Source of the DNA: Patescibacteria group bacterium
GTDB lineage: Bacteria > Patescibacteriota > Patescibacteriia > UBA9934
Length of the DNA: 64,000 nt
NCBI GenBank assembly: GCA_038064675.1
Contig: JBBTSM010000005.1
Coordinates: forward strand, 4,686 to 68,685
Direction: 5' to 3'
The position numbers and the translations under genes are program-made. The notes under the pieces were generated by a model, which did not search any database, was not told the origin of the DNA, and worked only from the letters and a program-made list of their open reading frames with translations. Positions within the stretch are counted from its first letter, which is position 1. Every line of letters begins with the position of its first letter. This document shows, piece after piece, positions 18,576-27,146 of the stretch.

Positions 18576-18806
18576 TTACGAATCGATTCCGAGGATTTCA
18601 ACCAATTTTTTCTTGCCGCTACTTCCCTGTTTGATCACAATCGATTTCTGCGGGACGTGAAAATGTTTCGAAAGCAGTCGAACAAGCTCCTCATTCGCTT
18701 TTCCGTCAACTGGAGCTGATTTCAAGCGGGCGACAAGTGAATTGTCGCCATTCTCCTGGATCTCGGACTTTCCCGAGTTCGGCTTTACGCTGATTGTGAT
18801 TTTCAT
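18576..18806 (-). CDS. DUF167/YggU family protein
   Basis: 76 aa; VKPNSGKSEI...APVDGKANEELVRLLSKHFHVPQKSIVIKQGSSGKKKLVEI. Confidence 0.6.
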   Translation of the reverse strand: MKITISVKPNSGKSEIQENGDNSLVARLKSAPVDGKANEELVRLLSKHFHVPQKSIVIKQGSSGKKKLVEILGIDS

Positions 18807-19246
18807 ATGCGAATCTTCTCAATCGAATCAATAGTAATCCAGGCGGCCATTGCGCCGAATCCTGTCTTGTTGATCGCAAATGGAGTGATCGATTCTGCAC
18901 GATTGAGTTCGATGAGAATCCCGTGCGTTTTTTTCTCCACAAGTGGTCGAAGAACAGAAATATCGAGTCCGATGGGTGGCGCAAGAAGCGGCAATCGAGC
19001 GTCAAGAAAATCTTCATCTATCGATTCAATATATTCCACGGCACCCACGATCGCCTTTGCAGCGATGGGCTCTCCAGCGTATTTGAAATAGACGGTATCG
19101 CCAACGCTCACCTTCTTCCATGGCGCAGAGTGATTCTTGAGCCAACGTGACTCGATCGTCTTCTCGCCGGAAAGAATCTTTTCAATCATTCCTAACTCTT
19201 TGGAACTCGGACGCTTCATTGGATTCATGATCGCGACGTGGTCCAT
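18803..19246 (-). CDS. ASCH-like domain protein
   Basis: 147 aa; IEKILSGEKTIESRW...VGDTVYFK pattern resembling ASCH/PUA-like fold; weak. Confidence 0.4.
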   Translation of the reverse strand: MDHVAIMNPMKRPSSKELGMIEKILSGEKTIESRWLKNHSAPWKKVSVGDTVYFKYAGEPIAAKAIVGAVEYIESIDEDFLDARLPLLAPPIGLDISVLRPLVEKKTHGILIELNRAESITPFAINKTGFGAMAAWITIDSIEKIRI

Positions 19247-19247
19247 A

Positions 19248-20051
19248 TTAGCTCAGGTTACTTGTTGTTGCTCGTGGTGCGCTTTGCCACAGCATTTCAA
19301 AAACGCTTTTCATCATTGTTGCGATGACGTCATCTTCGATCCGGATTGCGAGCAAATTTTCTGGTTGCCAGAAGATCACCTTGTCTGCGAAGAAATGAAA
19401 CGACGCCTTGAACGGGTTGAGTCCGTTGAGAATTCGCGTCTCTCGCATGTTTTCTTTGTCTTCTCCGGCGATTCGGTTTGCGTGTTGTCCGGAAAGCGTA
19501 AGTGTTCGCGATGATAAGCCGCGTCTCACCCTCTCTTTGAGATATTCGGCTTGATCCTCGGGAGCAATGAGATTTAGAAAATCATCAACCGAACCAAAGA
19601 AGTCCAAACTATCCTTTCCCTCATCCAACATCCCAAAGAACGCACCAATGTATTGCCCTCGGCCTTGATACACACGAACGTGGCTTGGTAAATCGCCTCT
19701 TTGATATTTGCTTAGTAAATCTGGAAGTAGCGATGAAAATTCTTGTTTCAATTCACGATCTTTCTTTTGCTTCAGGTCGAGGAGCTCATTCACGATCGTT
19801 GGCGACGCCACACTAAACCGCTTCAACCTCCCCCCTTTTGGCAGTGCCGCGAGCCCGATATTTTCTAGGCTTTTAATGAGTTTATAGATATTTGGCCGTG
19901 AAACACCGAGCTTTTCCGCAATTTGCCCGATCGGATGCGGTCCAATCTCTAGCGACAATACATAGAGTCCAGCCTCCTGTGCCGTCAATCCCAATTGCAA
20001 AAGCGCCGTGTAAAGCGCTGAGCTCTCATTTTTGTTTGATTTTGCGGCCAT
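19248..20051 (-). CDS. TrmB-family HTH transcriptional regulator (paralog 1 of 4)
   Basis: 267 aa; N-terminal wHTH LQLGLTAQEAGLYVLSLEIGPHPIGQIAEKLGVSRPNIYKLIKSLENIGLA, C-terminal TrmB-like domain. Confidence 0.75.
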   Translation of the reverse strand: MAAKSNKNESSALYTALLQLGLTAQEAGLYVLSLEIGPHPIGQIAEKLGVSRPNIYKLIKSLENIGLAALPKGGRLKRFSVASPTIVNELLDLKQKKDRELKQEFSSLLPDLLSKYQRGDLPSHVRVYQGRGQYIGAFFGMLDEGKDSLDFFGSVDDFLNLIAPEDQAEYLKERVRRGLSSRTLTLSGQHANRIAGEDKENMRETRILNGLNPFKASFHFFADKVIFWQPENLLAIRIEDDVIATMMKSVFEMLWQSAPRATTSNLS

Positions 20052-20108
20052 AGAATGTTTTATATGTATAGACTAAGTATACACTAAAACTATATATATA
20101 GTAAAAGA

Positions 20109-20137
20109 TTGATTTAAGTGTAATAATCTGGTATAGT
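20109..20137 (+). promoter_or_regulatory. sigma70-like promoter for 20203 gene
   Basis: TTGATT-17 nt-TATAGT; AGGAGA Shine-Dalgarno at 20190-20195. Confidence 0.45.
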
Positions 20138-20202
20138 ACTTTGTTCGGATGTGAGACGAAAGTCCGCCGAGCGATACAGAAACCCAAGCAGGAGACACTC
20201 TC

Positions 20203-20694
20203 ATGATCTATCTCAACCAAATTCGTGGATCGGCTGTAAAAATCATCAGCGATCTTGCTCGCGACGCGGCTCTCCCAGGAAAGCTTGAAGTCGAAGAAAA
20301 TCGGTTCATGCGATGGGAGGGTTATGGGGAGAAGAATTGGCGCTACAAGGCGGGGAAAAACTATGAGCTTGTTGATACTAAGGTCCCCGTGCTCACTCGA
20401 GACGGATACACCGCGCCTCCAAAAAAATTGACCGCTGGGTGGGACCTGTCGGTTGACGACAATAACTGCGTTTGGGCTCGGCCGGTGTGTGCTGGTTGGG
20501 GTAACGCGTATTTTCGCGATCACGGCCCCGAGCTTGTACGGATTATCGGGAAAATTCCGGAACGCTTGCGCAAATTCTTGTCAGCCGAAGAGAGTCAGTT
20601 CCTCTTCTTCTGTTGCGGACAGTTCGGTGAAGTGTATGCGCTCGAGTCGGAGGTTCTCGTGTTTCGTAATAGGCTGAAGGAAATGTTCGGGTAG
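20203..20694 (+). CDS. hypothetical protein (163 aa), cargo of TrmB-like module 1
   Basis: ATG with strong SD; no recognisable domain. Confidence 0.5.
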   Translation: MIYLNQIRGSAVKIISDLARDAALPGKLEVEENRFMRWEGYGEKNWRYKAGKNYELVDTKVPVLTRDGYTAPPKKLTAGWDLSVDDNNCVWARPVCAGWGNAYFRDHGPELVRIIGKIPERLRKFLSAEESQFLFFCCGQFGEVYALESEVLVFRNRLKEMFG

Positions 20695-20746
20695 TTCGCT
20701 GCGGCTTCAGAAGAAAACAAAACATAATCACCATTCGGAGTTCAAC

Positions 20747-21007
20747 ATGATTCTCTTCCAGAAAGACGGAGCTGTTCTTGTCAACGCGTTCTCAAGTGTC
20801 GAGGAATTCCGTGAGTGGGTGGCGATGGCTGGTGATGAACCGGTGGAGATCGCCTACGAGATGAAAATGCCGGGGACGGCTGCCGGTAATGCATTACTGA
20901 GCTTGTGTCGGATCGGAAATCATGACGCGGACGGGTTCGAGGTTCTTTTGGAGAATCTCCTCAGCGAAGCATTCCAGGCCGGTATTAACTTCGCACAACG
21001 GAAGTGA
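20747..21007 (+). CDS. hypothetical protein (86 aa)
   Basis: co-directional with 20203 gene; ATG start. Confidence 0.4.
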   Translation: MILFQKDGAVLVNAFSSVEEFREWVAMAGDEPVEIAYEMKMPGTAAGNALLSLCRIGNHDADGFEVLLENLLSEAFQAGINFAQRK

Positions 21008-21059
21008 GCAACAGCGACAAAAACGCGCAGCCGCTCCTGGAGGAGCGGCTGTTGTTGTT

Positions 21060-21917
21060 TTACTTCATCGCCTTTCGAAACTTCTTGAGTAGCGCAATGT
21101 CTTCTTCGCGACTTCCCTTTTCTTCTTCCCCATCGAACGGTGTTTCGAGAATGAGATCGATATGCTGGAGTTTTGGATGTTGGACGATGTATTTGAATGC
21201 GTCCGCGCCAATGAAGCCGTGGCCGAGATGCTGGTGACGGTCTTTGTGTCCGTCGAATTCGATTTTTGAATCGTTACAGTGTGATGCGACGAGCTTCTTG
21301 AGGCCGATGATGCGGTCGAAATCCTTAAATGTTTGATCGACGGCTTCTTTTGTTCGTAGATCGTACCCCGAGGCGAATGCGTGTTGCGTGTCGAAACACA
21401 CACCGATTTCTTTTCCACGTTTTGCGCCGTCGATGAATGCCGCGATCTCTTCGAATTCATCGCCCATCACTGCGCCGGCTCCGGCGCTGATCTCAATGAG
21501 GAGCTGACAGCTTCCTTCGTAGCCATCCATGATGCGGTCGAGCCCCTTAATTACGGCCTCGACTCCGGCTTCCTGGCCGACCTCTTTTGCTGACCCTGGA
21601 TGAAACATGATTGCCTTCGCGCCGAGCTGTGTGCCGCGCTCGAGCTCCTCACGAAGAATTTTTACTGATCCGAAGCGCGTCGTGTTTTTTTCGGAAGCGA
21701 GGTTGATGATGTACGGCGCGTGAATGTACACGTCTCTAATGTCGTTCTCCTTCATCGATTCCCGAAACTTTGTCGCGTCCTCGTCACTTATCGGTTTTGC
21801 AGCGAACGCTTGCGGAGAACGAGAAAAGATTTGGATCACTTCACACCCAAGTTTCTTCCCCGCCGGTCCCGACTTCCACAATCCCCCGGCCGCACTCACG
21901 TGAGCTCCAAATTGCAT
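21060..21917 (-). CDS. nfo: endonuclease IV (AP endonuclease, xylose-isomerase-like TIM barrel)
   Basis: 285 aa; AHVSAAGG, IHAPYIINLAS, FHPGS, metal-binding H/D/E pattern LETPFDGE. Confidence 0.85.
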   Translation of the reverse strand: MQFGAHVSAAGGLWKSGPAGKKLGCEVIQIFSRSPQAFAAKPISDEDATKFRESMKENDIRDVYIHAPYIINLASEKNTTRFGSVKILREELERGTQLGAKAIMFHPGSAKEVGQEAGVEAVIKGLDRIMDGYEGSCQLLIEISAGAGAVMGDEFEEIAAFIDGAKRGKEIGVCFDTQHAFASGYDLRTKEAVDQTFKDFDRIIGLKKLVASHCNDSKIEFDGHKDRHQHLGHGFIGADAFKYIVQHPKLQHIDLILETPFDGEEEKGSREEDIALLKKFRKAMK

Positions 21918-21921
21918 AGCA

Positions 21922-22677
21922 TTATGATAATTGTTTCCAAGAAAGCTTAAACATCATTTTCATCACAGAAGCGATGGCCTGGTTCTTAATGAGTGTACCG
22001 AATATCGGCGCATCTGTGGAAATAAGTGCTACCTTGTCGTTCCAAATGAGAATGTCGACAGCGATGTCTTCTGTGCCTTTTGGGAACATTCGCATGTCGT
22101 AGAGTCCTCTGAGTAGCGCGATTGGAGTTTTTGCGCTTGTTTCCGGAGAATCTTGAGTGAGAATGTCATGAAGGACAATTCCTCGCTCTTTCATTTTTGC
22201 AACGTACTTTTTAAAGAAGTCCCAACCGAGCGCATCGTAGAGTTTCTTTGTTGACGCCACGCCATACACGCTTTTTGCCTCAAGCATCTCGTAAAAGATT
22301 TCTTTGACTTGCTCAGCACCTTCGAAATATTTGATAACGGGCTTGTTTGCTTGTGCCGCGTAAAGGCCGCGAAGATCGGGTAATATTTGCCGCATTTCTT
22401 CGGTTCGGTGTTCGAGGACTTGTACAAGGACTGAGGGGTCGATTGTGATGTATGCTTTTCGACTGCCCTTCCGTTGTTCATCGATGAGTCCTCGTTCTCT
22501 GAGTGTTTGTAGGGAGCCGTAGAGATTCGGTCGAGAGATTTTTGTTCCACGCGCGATTTGGGGCGGCGTCGTTGCTCCGTGTTCAAGAACGTAAAGATAG
22601 ACACGAATTTCGTTGTCTCGAAGTCCGGAATTTTTAAGTGTTCTGACAATATGTTCCATATGATATGGAGTGATCAT
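21922..22677 (-). CDS. TrmB-family HTH transcriptional regulator (paralog 2)
   Basis: wHTH RVYLYVLEHGATTPPQIARGTKISRPNLYGSLQTLRERGLI; start ambiguous (ATG 22677 or 22659; ORF opens 22788). Confidence 0.7.
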   Translation of the reverse strand: MITPYHMEHIVRTLKNSGLRDNEIRVYLYVLEHGATTPPQIARGTKISRPNLYGSLQTLRERGLIDEQRKGSRKAYITIDPSVLVQVLEHRTEEMRQILPDLRGLYAAQANKPVIKYFEGAEQVKEIFYEMLEAKSVYGVASTKKLYDALGWDFFKKYVAKMKERGIVLHDILTQDSPETSAKTPIALLRGLYDMRMFPKGTEDIAVDILIWNDKVALISTDAPIFGTLIKNQAIASVMKMMFKLSWKQLS

Positions 22678-22831
22678 ATCATAAGTGTATTGGAAACAAT
22701 AAACGAAATAAAATTGTAGTGATTGGAGAATGTAATGATATGTATCAATTGTGTTTGAGGTGCTATGATCATCGGTTGGCTCGCGCATTTCGCGTGGCCA
22801 AAATGATATTTAAGTAGCACAGGAGAAAAAA

Positions 22832-23267
22832 ATGATCGGTGCTTCGGTCTGGGATCTTGAAAAACTTCTGAGGGAACGAAATCCCTCACTGCGCAAGAAG
22901 GATGAGGTGCTGATTCATCAATCCCCTTCCATTCTGCGAATCGTGACGAGTCTCGTTGATACGGGCGTTGATCGATGGGAGATCCCCGCTCGTCTTTGTG
23001 GGGAATGTGAGCGTACGCGTTTCAGGGAGCACGTCTATCAGTTACGCGCGGACGATGCCGTTTTACCCAGACTCGATCGAGCGTGTCGACGTTTCGCAAC
23101 AGGGCTCTCCTCCCCGAAAGGAATGGAGGATCCGCGGCTTTCTTCACGGAGACTGCGACATCCTCGAGCTTCTATTCGCCGAGTCCCCTGAACGTCCGTT
23201 CTGGGCGGAGTTCGTTGCGATGATTCGTGACGACGGGCGGGGTCGACTGGAAATCGTATCTCGCTAA
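22832..23267 (+). CDS. hypothetical GC-rich ORF(s), probably one gene with internal frameshift (22832..23191 / 22956..23267)
   Basis: SD AGGAGA before ATG 22832; reading frame changes between 22956 and 23191; about 58% GC versus about 48% flank; hairpin + T-run at 23271-23316. Confidence 0.35.
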
Positions 23268-23316
23268 AAAAAATGAACCGAGCCCATGGGGTTACGCCCG
23301 GAAGCTCAGTTTTTGT

Positions 23317-24078
23317 TTAGCTCTCTAGTGATTTCCAAATTCCACTAAATAATTGTCGCAGATTTTCTGCCATCATCGCGTCGTGGATTTCGATGAGAGA
23401 AAATGGATGATGTCTTGTGTTGATCATTACGATGTAATTTCCCATCACCCACGTTGTCGCCGTAAACGCTGCCGCGCCGCTCCAAAAGCGAATGTGACGC
23501 TTTGCATAGCCCTTTGTTTTCATGAGTTCTTCGACATTCGACTCATTACTAAGAAGTCGAACGATTGGCGGGTTCGATTCTTGCCAGTACCATTCAATCC
23601 ATTCTTGAAAATGTTCGACGAGACCCGGATCCTGGAATCCCCAATAATGTGTTTTGGTTTCGATGATACTTTTATTCCAAGCCGGTGTTTGTTTATAGAG
23701 ATGACTTTCGATTTCTTCTTCCGGAATAAAAACGATCTTTGGAATCGAATATTTCGAACTTTGTGCAATTTTCTTGAGCTCACCGATCGCAGACTGCACG
23801 GTCGCTTTTTTGAGGTCGAGCGCTTTTTGCTCGCGGTTCACGAGAATGGCGAGATCTTCGGGTTGCTTTGCGATGAGTGATCGTGACGAACCGCCGAGAT
23901 CTTCGACGACAACACCCTTTTTTACGAGTTCTTTGGATACGCTATACACCGTCGGCCGGCTAATCCGCGTGAGTTTTGCGATTTCCGCTGGTGTCATTGC
24001 CCCGTGCTGAAGCAGAGCGAGATACACCTCGCTTTCCTTGTCGCTGAACCCCAATTTTCCCAGAACTTGCTTTGACAT
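23317..24078 (-). CDS. TrmB-family HTH transcriptional regulator (paralog 3)
   Basis: MSKQVLGKLGFSDKESEVYLALLQHGAMTPAEIAKLTRISRPTVYSVSKELVKKGVV; ATG at 24076-24078. Confidence 0.7.
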   Translation of the reverse strand: MSKQVLGKLGFSDKESEVYLALLQHGAMTPAEIAKLTRISRPTVYSVSKELVKKGVVVEDLGGSSRSLIAKQPEDLAILVNREQKALDLKKATVQSAIGELKKIAQSSKYSIPKIVFIPEEEIESHLYKQTPAWNKSIIETKTHYWGFQDPGLVEHFQEWIEWYWQESNPPIVRLLSNESNVEELMKTKGYAKRHIRFWSGAAAFTATTWVMGNYIVMINTRHHPFSLIEIHDAMMAENLRQLFSGIWKSLES

Positions 24079-24273
24079 CCCCACATTCTATCCCCAATGT
24101 GGACAAGTTGTCAATAACTCATCAACAGTAGGAATAGCTTTATATAATGGGCTTTATATGAATACTAAGCCCACAACTTATGGACAGAAAGGCGGTTTTT
24201 CGATATCGTAACCCGTTCGAGAGTGATCGCCGATCTCCGGCAGGAAACTCGAACGCGCTTTCAAAAGGTGCCC

Positions 24274-24543
24274 ATGCTCACTCTCCTCTCCTCCATCGCC
24301 CTCGCCGATCCCTTCGTCCTCATCGGATCCGAGAATCGGGTCGATCTCGGCGGAAATGTCGTTCCGAAGGCCAAGGCGATCGTCGACATCGGTGTGATCG
24401 ACCATCTCTCATTGACGGCGACGTTCGTGGTGTCGCCGGGATACAGCGAGGTGTACGTTGGCCCCACCTGGTCGCCGACCGCGCACTTCTCCCTCGGCGT
24501 GGCCGGCGCGGCATGGAAACTGCGGACGATCCGTGGCGCGTGA
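24274..24543 (+). CDS. hypothetical GC-rich small protein with signal-like N-terminus
   Basis: MLTLLSSIALADPF...; stop TGA overlaps next ATG (TGATG); about 63% GC. Confidence 0.35.
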   Translation: MLTLLSSIALADPFVLIGSENRVDLGGNVVPKAKAIVDIGVIDHLSLTATFVVSPGYSEVYVGPTWSPTAHFSLGVAGAAWKLRTIRGA

Positions 24544-24806
24544 TGGCCTATTCGACGGCGAACTACAAAAGCCTTCATATCCTCGGAGTGGTGGAGTACG
24601 GCGGAAGCGGGCTCTGGTATAAGGCGGTCGCTTCCTACACGATCGGTCCGGTCTCGATCGGCGCCATGGCACAGCGATTCGATGGCCTCGGCCCGCGCAT
24701 CGCCGTGTCGCGCTGGGATCTCGAGCTCTGGGCGGCGCCGCTGTACGACCCGGAGGCGAAGTCCCCGAGCTTGCTCGTCGGCCTCAGCTGGACGCCGAAG
24801 ACGTGA
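24543..24806 (+). CDS. hypothetical GC-rich small protein (87 aa), coupled to previous ORF
   Basis: MAYSTANYKSLHILGVVEYGG...; beta-strand rich; may be one frameshifted gene with 24274..24543. Confidence 0.35.
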   Translation: MAYSTANYKSLHILGVVEYGGSGLWYKAVASYTIGPVSIGAMAQRFDGLGPRIAVSRWDLELWAAPLYDPEAKSPSLLVGLSWTPKT

Positions 24807-24823
24807 GTGGCGATGAAAACAAC

Positions 24824-24867
24824 GGCCGAGTTCGCGGAGCAATCTGCGGGCTCGGCGCTTTTGTTAT
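24824..24867. terminator. 44-nt hairpin + T-run repeat (copy 1), bidirectional terminator
   Basis: ggccgagttcgcggagcaatctgcgggctcggcgcttttgttat; 39/44 identical to 26480-26523. Confidence 0.5.
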
Positions 24868-25604
24868 TTCTCCTTGGCAAATTCCCACGCCATCGCAAAA
24901 ATGGACTTCTGGGTTTCGTAAATTGCACCATCGTGGATCAAAATCCCCCCGTACGGCGCTTTATGCGACATGATCGCAACCTTCCCATCGTAAATTTTTA
25001 TCTCATTGGGCATCGCGAATGTTTCTGAAACGAGTCGGACATCGCGAAGCTCATCATGACTTGTTTTAAGAAAGCGTTTTCCGACGGTTCCCGCATTTAA
25101 CACGGCACGCGTCCGAACGCCTGCGGCAACGCGCCTGCGAATGTACTCATCATAATATTCCGCAAGATTCGCGACGATCATATCCGCGTCCCCAAACGTC
25201 AAAATAGTTTCTCTGGCCGTCAGTGTATCGTCGAGCACCGTTTTAATCCCCTCAATCCCAGGGAAATACTGTACTCGTGGCTGCTTTGCGCTCGCGCGTC
25301 CATTAAGTGCACGAAAATCTGGTAATGCATTTCTCAATTCTCTCACCGATTGTTCCGCGTGTTTCAAAACCGTTTCCGGATCTTTTGCATAAAAAAGTTG
25401 TGTTCCATTTACATCCGTGGACCCTACGAGTCCCTTTTGCTCCATTGCTTTTAAATACACATATGTCGTGGAGCGATTCATTCTCGTCTTCTTCGCAATT
25501 ACGCTCGCCGGAGCCTCCCCCAGTTCGGTATTTGCCACATACAACGCGGCCTCTTCTTCAGAGAATCCGAGCTTCTGCAAAACGTCTCCAAAAGAAATCG
25601 CCAT
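24864..25604 (-). CDS. TrmB-family HTH transcriptional regulator (paralog 4)
   Basis: MAISFGDVLQKLGFSEEEAALYVANTELGEAPASVIAKKTRMNRSTTYVYLKAMEQKGLV; ATG at 25602-25604. Confidence 0.7.
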   Translation of the reverse strand: MAISFGDVLQKLGFSEEEAALYVANTELGEAPASVIAKKTRMNRSTTYVYLKAMEQKGLVGSTDVNGTQLFYAKDPETVLKHAEQSVRELRNALPDFRALNGRASAKQPRVQYFPGIEGIKTVLDDTLTARETILTFGDADMIVANLAEYYDEYIRRRVAAGVRTRAVLNAGTVGKRFLKTSHDELRDVRLVSETFAMPNEIKIYDGKVAIMSHKAPYGGILIHDGAIYETQKSIFAMAWEFAKEK

Positions 25605-25796
25605 AGTTGTTAGAAATACAAACAGTATAAAATATAATAGATATAATGTAAATAGCACTTATAAACACATTCTATCAATAATATGTTATTGAAACAAACC
25701 AAGAGATATGGTATCGTGTTCTGTTGGGATGACGGAGGGCATCTCGCTCAACGCACCCGATGAACACCACGGGCCGACACGCTCGGCACGGAGTAA

Positions 25797-26459
25797 ATGA
25801 TGAGCAGTTCTATCGCCAGCGACTTCAATAGCCTTCTTGTCTCCTTTCGTGCTGATGCTGAGGCTGGGGTCGCGAAGGCAGCGGCGAAGATCGAGGAGAT
25901 CAAGGCAAAAGCCAAAGCGGAGATCGAGGAAGCCGAGACGAGGGTTTTCGGGGCCAGGAGGCTGGTGGAAACCGTGCCTGATCGCGCGCTGAAATCCTTC
26001 GACATGGTCGGAAGGCTCAATGCTCTCGGCGCCGAACGTGTTGTGCAGGTTGGGAGGGTTGGTGAATACCTCGGGGTTCTCATGTTCGTCGTCGATGAGC
26101 GCGACCATGGAACGCTCCTTGCATTCGGATCGACCTATAACCATTGCGGCTTCTATCGGCCGTGTTGGTGCTGTGTGAATGGAATGAGGATTCTCGAGAT
26201 GTCGCTTGATGTCGCTCGCAGCCTCCGTTCGTGGGACCTTGGCACCAACAACAAGGAACCCGTGATGAGCCGTATTCGTGAGGCGGTTGAGGCGGGAGAA
26301 TGGGCCTGGATTGACGATCCTGGTGCCCCGCGGCTTCAAAAGCTGGCACCCCTACTCAATATCGAACAGAAGGACTCATCAGTGCTGAAGCTCATGGGCA
26401 TCACGCCGAAGGAATGGTGGCCTGGTCACTCGTTCGATCGTTTTCCTGACAGGCGGTAG
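25797..26459 (+). CDS. hypothetical protein (220 aa), GC-rich, N-terminal coiled-coil
   Basis: GGAG SD 6 nt before ATG; AKAAAKIEEIKAKAKAEIEEAE; Cys cluster HCGFYRPCWCC; mirror ORF 25686..26339 on the other strand judged spurious. Confidence 0.45.
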   Translation: MMSSSIASDFNSLLVSFRADAEAGVAKAAAKIEEIKAKAKAEIEEAETRVFGARRLVETVPDRALKSFDMVGRLNALGAERVVQVGRVGEYLGVLMFVVDERDHGTLLAFGSTYNHCGFYRPCWCCVNGMRILEMSLDVARSLRSWDLGTNNKEPVMSRIREAVEAGEWAWIDDPGAPRLQKLAPLLNIEQKDSSVLKLMGITPKEWWPGHSFDRFPDRR

Positions 26460-26479
26460 GTGTGAGTACACGCGCGTAC

Positions 26480-26523
26480 GAGCCGAGTTCGGGGAGCAAT
26501 CCTCGGGCTCGGCGCTTTTGTTA
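26480..26523. terminator. 44-nt hairpin + T-run repeat (copy 2)
   Basis: agccgagttcggggagcaatcctcgggctcggcgcttttgttat. Confidence 0.5.
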
Positions 26524-27021
26524 TGCGGATTCAAAACCGATTTTGTTTTTCTTCGATTCGTCATCAATCGTCTGTCGCAATGCGTCGAACACGATTTTGA
26601 ATTGCTCGTCGTATTGTTTTTCTAGGAAGTCGATGCGCAGGCGGAGATCGGAATGTTCGAGCGCCATGTCTCGAAGATAGACGAAGGCACGAATAATTTG
26701 AATGTTTACCGCAATAGCTTTTTCGCTACTCAAAACACTCGAAAGCATAGCAATGCCGGATTCGGTAAAGGCTCGTGGCGGGTATCGAATCCCTCCCCAA
26801 CTTGAGGTCGCAAATTGCGACCTCAAGTTGAAAAACTCCTTCTCTGTAAGCCGAAATGAGAAATCCTCTGGAAATCTGCGTAAGTTTCTCTGAACGGACT
26901 CGTTGAATCTTTTGGTTTCGATTTTGTATAATTTTGCCAAATCACGATCAAGCATCACTTTTTGTCCTCGAAGAACAAATATTTTGTTTTCGACTATTTC
27001 TATCGGAAGAATCATTGCCAT
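26521..27021 (-). CDS. ORF6N (KilA-N-like) domain DNA-binding protein
   Basis: IFVLRGQKVMLDRDLAKLYKIETKRFNESVQRNLRRFPEDFSFRLTEKEFFNLRSQFATSSWGG matches ORF6N family hallmarks. Confidence 0.75.
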   Translation of the reverse strand: MAMILPIEIVENKIFVLRGQKVMLDRDLAKLYKIETKRFNESVQRNLRRFPEDFSFRLTEKEFFNLRSQFATSSWGGIRYPPRAFTESGIAMLSSVLSSEKAIAVNIQIIRAFVYLRDMALEHSDLRLRIDFLEKQYDEQFKIVFDALRQTIDDESKKNKIGFESA

Positions 27022-27146
27022 AATTATGATGTTTTCATTTGGAGGTGGCGATTTGGCACCTCCATTTTTTTAGGATCACAAATTGTGATTCTAAACTGTG
27101 ATATCCAAAATCCTACCAGTATCGCGGTTACGGCAGATGTGTAAAA

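Noticed and set aside
25686-26339. 217-aa minus-strand ORF overlapping the 25797-26459 cargo gene
   Set aside because: Plus-strand frame has SD+ATG and coiled-coil periodicity. The minus frame is a GC-rich mirror.
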